Source: Candidatus Omnitrophota bacterium | Lineage (GTDB): Bacteria; Omnitrophota; Gorgyraeia; Gygaellales; Profunditerraquicolaceae | Reading direction: 5' to 3' | NCBI GenBank assembly: GCA_030691865.1 | Contig: JAUYDL010000029.1 | Location: 4,721 to 68,720, forward strand | Length of the DNA: 64,000 bases | Part shown: positions 28,645-36,668 of the stretch, in pieces | Numbering within the stretch: the first letter of the stretch is position 1 | Layout of the letters: the number at the start of each line of letters is the position of its first letter | Made by a program: the position numbers and the translations under genes | Notes under the pieces: generated by a model | Told to the model about the DNA's origin: nothing | Seen by the model: the letters and a program-made list of their open reading frames with translations, nothing else | The model's database searches: none

Positions 28645-28720
28645 TTCTCAAACTCCTATCTTAGAGACTGTCCCTAAGCTTTCCATCATTCGTTAAACCA
28701 CATCTTTATTAAGTACGAGA

Positions 28721-29581
28721 TTACGGCTTTTTCAAAATCTCGTTAAACCGCTCAAAAACTTTATCGAGGTTGAAACTCTCACCTACCCGGATAACAGGTA
28801 TCAATTCTGTTTCTATCTGCTTGTGAAGCAATTCTTTTGATTGTTGATCCAAACCGAAATTATGAGAATAATTCGCTCTGTATTTCTCAGCTTCAAGCTT
28901 CTTTTTGAATATGGAAAGGAAGTGCCTGTCTTTAAAGTCAAACTTGGCTTCCGATATAAACCATAAGTCATAATAGTCGCGAATTGCCACATCTTTTCTT
29001 GTGATTGCGGCTTTGAGTTTTTCTGCCACGGCCTCGTTTAATGTAAGCGATAATATCTTATTTTTAGGAATTAAATCCTCTCCCGTAAATGGGTCCTTAT
29101 AAAAATGCGTGATTACATTATGAACGGGCTTGTCGATAGGAGTTTGCCTGAGTGAAATTTCTAGTTTTATCTTCTCATCCTTTCCTGAGATAAATGACGG
29201 ATAGAAAATGTTGAACACATACTGAGTAGAATTATTAAATCCTTCTCCTTCAGGCCTTTCACTTTTTAACTCCAGTAGTTTCAGCAATTCTGGCATCTTT
29301 TCTCTTATTGGGGTGATTGCACGGGATCGCCTAGAACGGGTTTGGAGGCCTTCAGGGTTAAAGTATGTAAAGTCAATGTCTTCGCTTAACCTGTGATAGT
29401 TAAGGTGAATCTTATTTAAAAGCGTCCCGCCTTTAAAAACGATTTTATCGCTTAAATGTGATTCGACGCTGTTTAAGATAAGCGTTAAATAATAATCTTT
29501 TTCGATGGTCTCGAGCCTAAAGTTATATTTTTCCGCAATAAACGGTATTATTTTCTCAAGCTTATCCCTATCCATTGACAA
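28721..29581 (-). CDS. AbiEii-family nucleotidyltransferase toxin (type IV TA / abortive infection, DUF1814-like).
   Basis: IEKDYYLTLIL...IVFKGGTLLNKIHLNYHRLSEDIDFTY. Confidence 0.75.
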   Translation of the reverse strand: MSMDRDKLEKIIPFIAEKYNFRLETIEKDYYLTLILNSVESHLSDKIVFKGGTLLNKIHLNYHRLSEDIDFTYFNPEGLQTRSRRSRAITPIREKMPELLKLLELKSERPEGEGFNNSTQYVFNIFYPSFISGKDEKIKLEISLRQTPIDKPVHNVITHFYKDPFTGEDLIPKNKILSLTLNEAVAEKLKAAITRKDVAIRDYYDLWFISEAKFDFKDRHFLSIFKKKLEAEKYRANYSHNFGLDQQSKELLHKQIETELIPVIRVGESFNLDKVFERFNEILKKP

Positions 29582-30356
29582 TAATTCTCCATCTTTTATC
29601 AGTTTTGCCTTTTTTTGCCTCTGTATCGTATAAGAAAGAATGCCCTTTTATTCCCGCGTCGACTTTGCTAAGCAGTCTTTGGGACACTCCAAGCCTTTCC
29701 AGGAAATATCCCATACGCCTGCGAATGATACAAACGGGATATCGCGCGACATAATCCACGAAGACTGCCATATCCATATTGCTAAGCTGTTCAGTTAAAA
29801 TACTAAATCCTTTTTTCACACCATAAAAATCAAACGCGTCTATCAACGCGCGTTCCTTAGAAGCAAAAACAATATCCTCCTTATCTATTCTGCGCGTTTC
29901 CAAGCCATACATTCTATTGGGCAGCACCTTGATAAGCTTATACCTGATACCGCCAACTTTTTTCTCAAGTGAATATTTTTCATTCACTACATGTATCATT
30001 TGCGCGACTTGATCGGTAAAGCCATATGAATTAAAAACGCTGGAGTATCCTATATAATAATTCGCTCCTCTGGCTAACGCTTTTGCAATCACATATTCGT
30101 TACCCGCCCACTTGCCTCCGGGAGCTTTCATCGGAATAAACAAATACACATTTTTGACAATATTCCTTAACCTATTTTTAATCAAAAGCCGCCTGATAAG
30201 ATAGTCCACCTTGCTTTCATCGTCATAGAAAGAAATAATATCCGCGCGAGTATAGACCTCTTTACCCTCATACTCTAACCTAGCCAAAAGGCCTATTTCG
30301 TTCGGAGTAAGCCCATTATATTTGTTTACTTTTGGTTTCATATTTCTGCCTCCCAA
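29568..30356 (-). CDS. AbiEi-family antitoxin / transcriptional regulator.
   Basis: 262 aa with an N-terminal wHTH-like region and ...IVFASKERALIDAFDFYGVKKGF.... It overlaps abiEii by 14 nt. Confidence 0.65.
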   Translation of the reverse strand: MGGRNMKPKVNKYNGLTPNEIGLLARLEYEGKEVYTRADIISFYDDESKVDYLIRRLLIKNRLRNIVKNVYLFIPMKAPGGKWAGNEYVIAKALARGANYYIGYSSVFNSYGFTDQVAQMIHVVNEKYSLEKKVGGIRYKLIKVLPNRMYGLETRRIDKEDIVFASKERALIDAFDFYGVKKGFSILTEQLSNMDMAVFVDYVARYPVCIIRRRMGYFLERLGVSQRLLSKVDAGIKGHSFLYDTEAKKGKTDKRWRIIVNG

Positions 30357-30374
30357 TGCACTTATCTAAAACTA

Positions 30375-30416
30375 AAAATAATATACTCTTGAGTGGGTTA
30401 TTTGTCAATAAATATT
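30375..30416 (-). promoter_or_regulatory. Sigma70-like promoter TTGACA-N17-TATATT upstream of the abiEi/abiEii pair.
   Basis: The minus strand reads ATTTATTGACAAATAACCCACTCAAGAGTATATTATTTTTAG. A GGGAGG RBS sits before the start. Confidence 0.35.
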
Positions 30417-30486
30417 GTTGCAGTAATTATCCTTCCAGGACTCTTCTTTACAATAATAACCACAGACGGAATTATCGTTAATTATT

Positions 30487-31176
30487 TTATAGCCTGCCCG
30501 GTGTTCCTCCGTATAAGTCCAAAGTTAAATCTGATTGCCAATATTCCTTAGTATCAACATTCATTATGGTAAGTTTCCCTGACCATCCGGCTCCGGTATC
30601 AATATTCCAAACATTACACACATGAATCGGTTGAAAAGTATTATAAAGTTCAGTTGGTGTATGACCGACAAAGATATCCTTGTATCGGCCCAATTTACAG
30701 TTGCGCCCCTCTGCTTGCATCTTCCACGCCATATCAAGAAGCCTCCTATCCCAAACCAATGTTTGCGCGCTATGACTCGAAAGCGATATGTCCGGATTAA
30801 ACCCGCCATGCACGAAAACCTGATCATCACGCTCAATCCAAAGATGTCCGCTCTTTAGAAAATCGATGTGTGCCTTCGGCATAGGGCCACCGTTATATGA
30901 CGCTATTGTTCGATCACCGCCTTGACTCGTCCATATCTCCGGCTTATCCCCGCGCAAAGCCCAATCCAGAGCCCACATATCATGGTTACCAATAACCAAA
31001 TTGCAGTGTTTAACCTTTAAAAGCTCATCGATGCTTTGCTTGACATCCGGATAACCATCACACACGTCACCTAAAACGATTAAGCGATCTTGCTTGTAAT
31101 CAAATTTCGAGCGTTCAAAACACTGCATTAGCGCCTTGTAAGCGCCATGAATATCACCAATAGCGTATGTCTTCAC
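30487..31176 (-). CDS. Calcineurin-like metallophosphoesterase (PPP-family Ser/Thr phosphatase-like).
   Basis: MKTYAIGDIHGAYKAL...LIVLGDVCDGYPD...VIGNHDMWA. Confidence 0.75.
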   Translation of the reverse strand: MKTYAIGDIHGAYKALMQCFERSKFDYKQDRLIVLGDVCDGYPDVKQSIDELLKVKHCNLVIGNHDMWALDWALRGDKPEIWTSQGGDRTIASYNGGPMPKAHIDFLKSGHLWIERDDQVFVHGGFNPDISLSSHSAQTLVWDRRLLDMAWKMQAEGRNCKLGRYKDIFVGHTPTELYNTFQPIHVCNVWNIDTGAGWSGKLTIMNVDTKEYWQSDLTLDLYGGTPGRL

Positions 31177-31179
31177 TCA

Positions 31180-31971
31180 TCAATCCTTTGCAATGCTTCT
31201 CTTGAGCCTCTTAAATCTATCAAATATGTCTTGGCGCACATCATGGATATATTCATCAGGACCGTTTTCCTGTTCTACCAAAAGACAGCCTCGACTTGAA
31301 ACCCTTTCAAAAAACTTGTTTATATTATCCGGGACGCCCATTAAATACCCTTTTTCTCTGTACTGGGATATTTCCTTCAAAATCAAGTCAATATCAGGCG
31401 CGTACCGCAAGATGAAGTACATATAATACAAATCTTTAGCCTGTTTTTCCTTGTTCTCCCTATCGATAAAAGTCGCTCCCTTGTGATACAAAAAAGCTGA
31501 CGGTTTCGGACAATTAATAAGATAGCCTTTGTTCTTTTTCATAGCGTAAATGTTTATCGATATCCGGTGTTTTAAGAGGAAATCAAATTTGTCGATTTTA
31601 TTTATTTGTATCTGCTGGCCTACCATTTTCTCGATCGCCTTGATATCCGCGGTAGGATAAGTAATAAACTCTACCGGGACTTTTTCTTTATACAGCACAA
31701 CAGGAAACATCCTGTCCATCTTCAGATGACGTTCTTTGTAATCCAAAGAAGAAAGTGTTTCAAAAATTGTCTTTGAATAATCTCCGGTAACGGATTGATC
31801 TACGCCAAAATCTATATCAACCGTAGTCACCGGATTTCTGACGGATGTTTTCCAAATAAAATTTGAATAGATATACGGCATCCATCCACCGACAAGCGTG
31901 AGGTCAGGAAGATAATCACGCATGTCTTCAAGCACGTTAAAAAACACTGCTTCAATTTTTTCAAGATTCAT
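31180..31971 (-). CDS. Pol-beta-fold nucleotidyltransferase, a paralog of the 26169..26849 product (AbiEii/GSU2403-like).
   Basis: LTLVGGWMPYIY...TTVDIDFGV. It overlaps the upstream regulator gene by 11 nt. Confidence 0.5.
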   Translation of the reverse strand: MNLEKIEAVFFNVLEDMRDYLPDLTLVGGWMPYIYSNFIWKTSVRNPVTTVDIDFGVDQSVTGDYSKTIFETLSSLDYKERHLKMDRMFPVVLYKEKVPVEFITYPTADIKAIEKMVGQQIQINKIDKFDFLLKHRISINIYAMKKNKGYLINCPKPSAFLYHKGATFIDRENKEKQAKDLYYMYFILRYAPDIDLILKEISQYREKGYLMGVPDNINKFFERVSSRGCLLVEQENGPDEYIHDVRQDIFDRFKRLKRSIAKD

Positions 31972-32656
31972 ACAAACCCGTCCCCTTCTCTTCTAAAACT
32001 TTTTTCAGATAATCAGCGTGCTCGCGCCCGCGGGGCTTATAATTATAGAGGTCTAAATAAAGCTGCAAATTAGAAACAACCTTATATCCCTTTATTGCCT
32101 GAGCGCCATAAAATACGCTCTTCTTGTAATGCGGGCGAATAATATGAATGTTCCCACCTCTTACAAGCTCCTTTAAATCAAGTTGTTGGCGTAACTCGAG
32201 AACATCCTTTTTCCAGTCTTCAGGTTCCAAATACAGGCATACCTGATCCGTTACTACAAAAGAAGTTACCAAATTGGCGCCAGAATGGAGTGTGAACGCG
32301 TATTGTTTGTCTTTCAGATAATCTTTAAGCTTCGGTAAAATATTTTTATCTGGAGAATAATAGGTATCGACTTCGTTTAATTCAAAGCGGTACTCTGTTA
32401 CCCAATCGCTGATTAGCTCATCTATATTCGTAAGAAGCGCATAGCTATTCGGCCCACGTTTGACCCGCTCGATGTAGCCCTTTTTTGCCATGGTTTCAAG
32501 CGCTCCTTGTGCCAACCCAATGCTCACCCCATTATCTCCTGTAAAGTCGCGCGTAACCCATTTCTTCTGTGGATCAGACAGCATCTTCCTCAAGATAAAA
32601 GTCGCTTTATCAGCAAAAATATTTTTCATATTCGTTGGGTTATTCATAATGTTCAC
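31961..32656 (-). CDS. wHTH regulator, AbiEi-like antitoxin partner of the 31180..31971 nucleotidyltransferase.
   Basis: 231 aa with an N-terminal wHTH-like region (SIGLAQGALETMAKKGYIERVKRG). It is coupled to the NTase gene. Confidence 0.45.
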   Translation of the reverse strand: MNIMNNPTNMKNIFADKATFILRKMLSDPQKKWVTRDFTGDNGVSIGLAQGALETMAKKGYIERVKRGPNSYALLTNIDELISDWVTEYRFELNEVDTYYSPDKNILPKLKDYLKDKQYAFTLHSGANLVTSFVVTDQVCLYLEPEDWKKDVLELRQQLDLKELVRGGNIHIIRPHYKKSVFYGAQAIKGYKVVSNLQLYLDLYNYKPRGREHADYLKKVLEEKGTGLYES

Positions 32657-32710
32657 TCCTTCTTAATGTTCATTGATTAGTAAACAATATATACCCAGTG
32701 AACATTAATG
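32656..32710. promoter_or_regulatory. Three direct repeats of TGAACATTA, spaced about 22 bp apart. The first overlaps the start codon; a putative operator for the 231-aa regulator.
   Basis: The minus strand reads GTGAACATTAATG ... AATGAACATTAAG ... GTGAACATTATG(start). Confidence 0.4.
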
Positions 32711-32736
32711 TCAAACGTTTTTATTACATGCTCTTT

Positions 32737-32804
32737 TCCCCACGGCCCCCAGCGCCGCGCCTCCACCTTCCCGCTCCACCTTCTAAAATAACTTCGTATG
32801 TCAT
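32737..32804 (-). pseudogene. Chimeric gene-fragment scar: a manC 5' end of about 10 codons fused to heptosyltransferase 3'-end-like sequence.
   Basis: The minus strand ATGACATACGAAGTTATTTTAGAAGGTGGAG matches the manC start ATGACATACGCTGTTATTTTAGCCGGTGGAG. The adjoining CCCCACGGCCCCCAGCGCCGCGC matches 33838-33862. Confidence 0.45.
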
Positions 32805-32904
32805 AAAAATTGATTATATCATGCTCAACTCAAAAATCACATATCTAAGCATGAAATCCAACTATCCTTTTTTTTAAGGTCACAATTTGTGACCTTAAAG
32901 ATTC

Positions 32905-33085
32905 TACCTCTCCCCACGGCCCCCAGCGCCACGCGGTTTTGCCCGGCAGGTCATTCCTGAACAACGCCACCACCGGCATCCCCACGACGCAACAGCCAAA
33001 TGCATCGGCCCACTGTCGCAACTCACCAGTACCCTGCACTGCGTAAAAATCTGCGCTAACTCTACTAAAGTAGTCTTATTAAGAT
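32905..33085 (-). pseudogene. Degenerate duplicate, roughly 80% identical, of the 3' end of the GT2-GT9 heptosyltransferase gene.
   Basis: 32911-33010 aligns to 33838-33940. The 64-aa ORF 32845..33039 encodes VALFRNDLPGKTAWRWGPWGE, compared with PVIALFRNDLPGKTAQRWGPWGEG at the C-terminus of the 33751..35355 product. Confidence 0.5.
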
Positions 33086-33150
33086 GATTCTATCTTGATG
33101 ATCGTGACAATTCTGGTTTGGATTATACAAAAAAATACAATCGGGAATAA

Positions 33151-33543
33151 TTATACACTCAGTTCGCGGGGAATAAAGTCTATGCTGAGTCTTGCTCTTA
33201 AGGCCGCGGCAAGCCTCGCAAGGGTTTTGAGATTAATGCGTGCATTTCTTAAATCCTCCAAGCGCGAGATGGTCTGTTGGGTAGTGTTAACTTTTTTTGC
33301 TAATTCTGCCTGGCTTAAATGCCTCATTTGCCTTAGCTGAGTGATCTTGTAGCCTATTTGCAGCCTTGCCACTTCTTCGTCGTAGGCTTTTCTAAACCCA
33401 GGGCTCTTTCTAAGCTCTTCTTCAATATGCTGGTTTATTGTTTTGGGAACTATTATTTTTCTTTTCATAAGAATCACCTCTATAGACTCTTCAACTGGCC
33501 GTTTATTTCTTTCGTCCTCGTAGTATATGGCTTTCTTTTTCAT
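33151..33543 (-). CDS. XRE-family HTH transcriptional regulator.
   Basis: The C-terminus reads ITQLRQMRHLSQAELAKKVNTTQQTISRLE. Confidence 0.65.
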   Translation of the reverse strand: MKKKAIYYEDERNKRPVEESIEVILMKRKIIVPKTINQHIEEELRKSPGFRKAYDEEVARLQIGYKITQLRQMRHLSQAELAKKVNTTQQTISRLEDLRNARINLKTLARLAAALRARLSIDFIPRELSV

Positions 33544-33565
33544 ACTGACTCTTTAGCCTACTTAA

Positions 33566-33596
33566 AATATACGCTATTTGTGGTGTAATGTCAAGA
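33566..33596 (-). promoter_or_regulatory. Sigma70-like promoter TTGACA-N17-TATATT for the XRE gene.
   Basis: The minus strand reads CTTGACATTACACCACAAATAGCGTATATTTT, about 25 nt upstream of the start at 33543. Confidence 0.35.
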
Positions 33597-33694
33597 TAAA
33601 ATTACATCTTATTTAATGTATGATAACACCAGTCGCGCGCAATCTTTTCAGCATCCTCTTTCTATTACAACAGACGCAACAAGAGACGAAATCT

Positions 33695-33733
33695 AACTAA
33701 AATAAAAGAGCCGAATCTATTAGATCCGGCCCC
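33695..33733 (-). terminator. Rho-independent terminator after the GT2-GT9 fusion gene.
   Basis: The minus strand reads GGGGGCCGGATCTAATAGATTCGGCTCTTTTATTTT: a 10-bp stem with one mismatch, followed by a T-run. Confidence 0.4.
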
Positions 33734-33750
33734 CAAAGATAATCCCAACT

Positions 33751-35355
33751 CTATATTATTCTTTCTTTAATCCTGCAAAGTACTTCCTCAACGCTTATAT
33801 CCTCTAAATTACTCTTCTCTATAACTATATGCCCCTCTCCCCACGGTCCCCAGCGTTGCGCGGTTTTACCCGGCAAATCATTCCTGAACAACGCTATCAC
33901 CGGAGTCCCCACAGAGGCAGCCAAATGCATCGGCCCGCTATCCCCTGAAACAACTAAACTGCCACGTTTCAATAATGCCGCTAATTCCACTAAACTTGTC
34001 TTATTAATCAAATCTATAGTCCCTAAGGGGACTGTCCCCAAAGGGGACTGTCCCCGATCTTCAACTCTTCCCACAAGCACAACCTTCACTTTCATCTCCT
34101 GTATAATTCTCTGCGCTAATTCGCCAAACCGCTCAATTGGCCACTGTTTAACCGGATCACTGGTAAAAGGATGGATGATTACAATTTTTTGATTAATAAA
34201 ATATTTATATAAATTATCATTTACTTTAATCGCTAGTGACAAATCCTGCGTTTTTGCCCCCAGCAACCCTACCAACTCCAAATTACAATCTACCTCATGC
34301 CGGCTACCTTGATGCTTGGTATCTTTTAATTTATGGGTAAGCAAAAACCCCCATTTCCTATCATAACCCACACGCACAGGGATGCCCGCTAAAAAAATAC
34401 TCTGATGTGCTTCTTTAGTAGGATTTAGGACAACACAGAGATCAAACCTGTGCTTCCTTAATCCTTTCCTGATTTGGTCCCAAACTACTACCTGATCAAC
34501 ACATTCCACCGCAGTCGCCAACTCACTAACTGTAGAATTTACCGCTAAAGTAAGCTCTGCCTGCGGATATCTCTCTTTCAACGCCCGAATAGCCGGAATA
34601 TTCAACAAAAACTCTCCAAACCGGTCATTACGTATGACGAGTATTCTCTTGATCATGGAACACCCCACGGGCAAGCCCGTGGTACCTAAATTTACCCCCT
34701 GACGTATAATAGCTTGCCCATCCAGTGACATCCCCCGAAGCAGTTCTTTCTTCGCATTCATCTGCGAAGGGGGATAGAAAATAGGCACTTCCATTACGCG
34801 CATTTTTTTTCTTAAGGCTTTAGTTAAAATCTCAAACGCAGTATCCGCGCCTTTTAATTCCGGCGCTAAATTTAAAAAACTTTCCCTGCGCATAAGCTGA
34901 CAATGCGTAAACCAGTCATACAACTTAACACCAAATAGAATATTTAATATCAGGGTTGAGAAATAATTTTTAACTTTCGCCAACCCCGAGGTCCCTTGAT
35001 GCATTTTGCTAAAACGTGCACCCAGAACGATATCCGCCCCTGAATCCTTGATCGCCCCCAAAAGCTTAAGATAATTACCAGGGTCATACCTTAAGTCCCC
35101 ATTCTGGATGAGAATAAATTCACCGGTGGCATTCTGTAACCCCGTGCGCACCGCAGCCGCCTTTCCGCGATTACTGACATGGTGGATAACCTTTAAGCTA
35201 TTAAGAGAAAGCCCCCTTAAGATTAACTCAGTATTATCCTTAGAGCAATCGTTAACCACGATAATCTCTTTCTCAACAGAAAGATTGCTAACCTTATTGA
35301 TTACTGCTTCAATAGTTTTCTCTTGATTATAAACCGGCAAAATTACAGAAATCAT
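33751..35355 (-). CDS. Bifunctional fusion of a GT2 glycosyltransferase (N-terminus) and a GT9 heptosyltransferase (C-terminus).
   Basis: The N-terminus reads MISVILPVYNQEKTIEAVINKV...IIVVNDCSKDNT (GT2). From about residue 235 it reads ILVIRNDRFGEFLLNIPAIRALKERYP... (GT9, RfaF/WaaC-like). Confidence 0.7.
   Translation of the reverse strand: MISVILPVYNQEKTIEAVINKVSNLSVEKEIIVVNDCSKDNTELILRGLSLNSLKVIHHVSNRGKAAAVRTGLQNATGEFILIQNGDLRYDPGNYLKLLGAIKDSGADIVLGARFSKMHQGTSGLAKVKNYFSTLILNILFGVKLYDWFTHCQLMRRESFLNLAPELKGADTAFEILTKALRKKMRVMEVPIFYPPSQMNAKKELLRGMSLDGQAIIRQGVNLGTTGLPVGCSMIKRILVIRNDRFGEFLLNIPAIRALKERYPQAELTLAVNSTVSELATAVECVDQVVVWDQIRKGLRKHRFDLCVVLNPTKEAHQSIFLAGIPVRVGYDRKWGFLLTHKLKDTKHQGSRHEVDCNLELVGLLGAKTQDLSLAIKVNDNLYKYFINQKIVIIHPFTSDPVKQWPIERFGELAQRIIQEMKVKVVLVGRVEDRGQSPLGTVPLGTIDLINKTSLVELAALLKRGSLVVSGDSGPMHLAASVGTPVIALFRNDLPGKTAQRWGPWGEGHIVIEKSNLEDISVEEVLCRIKERII
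34027..34055. repeat. In-frame tandem copies of the palindrome GGGGACTGTCCCC, which look like collapsed REP cores.
   Basis: GGGGACTGTCCCCAAAGGGGACTGTCCCC encodes GTVPLGTVPLG inside the GT2-GT9 fusion. Confidence 0.5.
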
Positions 35356-35370
35356 TTTTATTACTCCTAT

Positions 35371-36606
35371 TTAAATTTTTTCGATTTCTCTATCCGAAAT
35401 TTTTCCTAACGCCAGACCCAAGCCAATCAAAAACCAAAAAATCATCACTAAACGCGCGTAATAAAGGCTAGTTTCGGTAAGCCCATTAATCAGATACGCT
35501 ATAATCGCCGCAAAAACAGATACGGATAAAGCCTTTAAAAAAGGATCTGTATTCCTCTTAAAAGCTAACCAAATAGACTTAAGAACAAAGAACAAAAAGA
35601 TCAAAAATGTTCCCAAGCCAAGCAGCCCCATCTCACCACCCATCTGCAAAAAGCTATTATGCGCGTAAATAGTATCCGGCGTCTCCATTCTAGCTTCAGC
35701 CACTGCGGTCTTATATTTACCATAATTCTTTGAAAAAGTATTAATCCCCACACCAATAAACGGATGTTCACCAATCATATGCACAGTATTACGGTAAATA
35801 CTCATCCTTACTTCATCAGTCAACAAAACCATCGGATTATAGTTAACACTCTTAGCCCACACTTTGATATTTTTAGGCATCACAAAAGGATAAATTAAAA
35901 GTAATAAAATAAGCCCCAAAGTTATAATCTTATTCTTCCTGACTAAACTCAAGAAAAGCACACTTACAAAAAGCCCCAAGCCTGCCCCGCGCGATAAAGA
36001 AAGATAAACGCCCAAGCTGCCAATTAATGCAGCACAAGAAAAGAAAACCCTGTTCTTTAATTTTGAGGAGAACAGGGCCAATCCGACAATAACTGGAGTT
36101 AATCCAGTAAGATATACCCCCATAGCATTACAGCCCGGGAAAGACGCTGTCGCGCGCGCCAAACCAATGTTCCCGTTAAGAGGATTTCCGCGTATAAAAT
36201 CCCTTCCCGAAAATAACTGCCAAAGAGCATCAATGCCGATAAGGGAAATAGCGCAAGCCACAGAAATGGCAATTCTCTTAAAATGTTCTCTATCTTTAAT
36301 ACTCTCACTGCACACCAGAAAGATTAAAAAAGCTTTAAATAATTTAACCATTCCATTTAGGCTATTGCTCATGCTAACTGAGTTTATAAAAGAAAGTATG
36401 CCAATAAACATGAACACCCCAAAAATTATAACTGGCAGAGAAAGAAAGCACAGCTTTTCTTTCTTTATTATCTTTTCAATTAAAAACGCGCCAATCATAA
36501 TCCCAATAACCGTATTCGCCACCCCCGGCGCAATCGCCACCGAAACCGGCAACAAAATAATCCCCCAATAAACAATCTTTCCCATTATTTTAACGAACTT
36601 TTGCAC
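35371..36606 (-). CDS. O-antigen ligase (WaaL-like) polytopic membrane protein.
   Basis: 411 aa with about 10-12 transmembrane segments and a Wzy_C-like periplasmic loop region. It sits in an LPS-core context. Confidence 0.6.
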   Translation of the reverse strand: MQKFVKIMGKIVYWGIILLPVSVAIAPGVANTVIGIMIGAFLIEKIIKKEKLCFLSLPVIIFGVFMFIGILSFINSVSMSNSLNGMVKLFKAFLIFLVCSESIKDREHFKRIAISVACAISLIGIDALWQLFSGRDFIRGNPLNGNIGLARATASFPGCNAMGVYLTGLTPVIVGLALFSSKLKNRVFFSCAALIGSLGVYLSLSRGAGLGLFVSVLFLSLVRKNKIITLGLILLLLIYPFVMPKNIKVWAKSVNYNPMVLLTDEVRMSIYRNTVHMIGEHPFIGVGINTFSKNYGKYKTAVAEARMETPDTIYAHNSFLQMGGEMGLLGLGTFLIFLFFVLKSIWLAFKRNTDPFLKALSVSVFAAIIAYLINGLTETSLYYARLVMIFWFLIGLGLALGKISDREIEKI

Positions 36607-36668
36607 TATTTATCTCCTTCCAACCCGTCATTGTGAGGCGCCGCAGCGCCGAATCAATCTCGCTTTCA

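Noticed and set aside
30564-30858. Small ORFs on both strands.
   Set aside because: They are embedded in the metallophosphoesterase gene. The phosphoesterase motifs (GDIHG, GDVCD, GNHD) clearly define the real frame.
32845-33039. 64-aa minus-strand ORF.
   Set aside because: It is not an independent gene. It is the open frame left in a diverged duplicate of the heptosyltransferase 3' end, so I annotated it as a pseudogene fragment.
33544-33750. Searched for a small RelE/HigB-like toxin gene upstream of the XRE regulator.
   Set aside because: Only a 13-codon ORF is present. The region instead contains a promoter and the terminator of the upstream gene.
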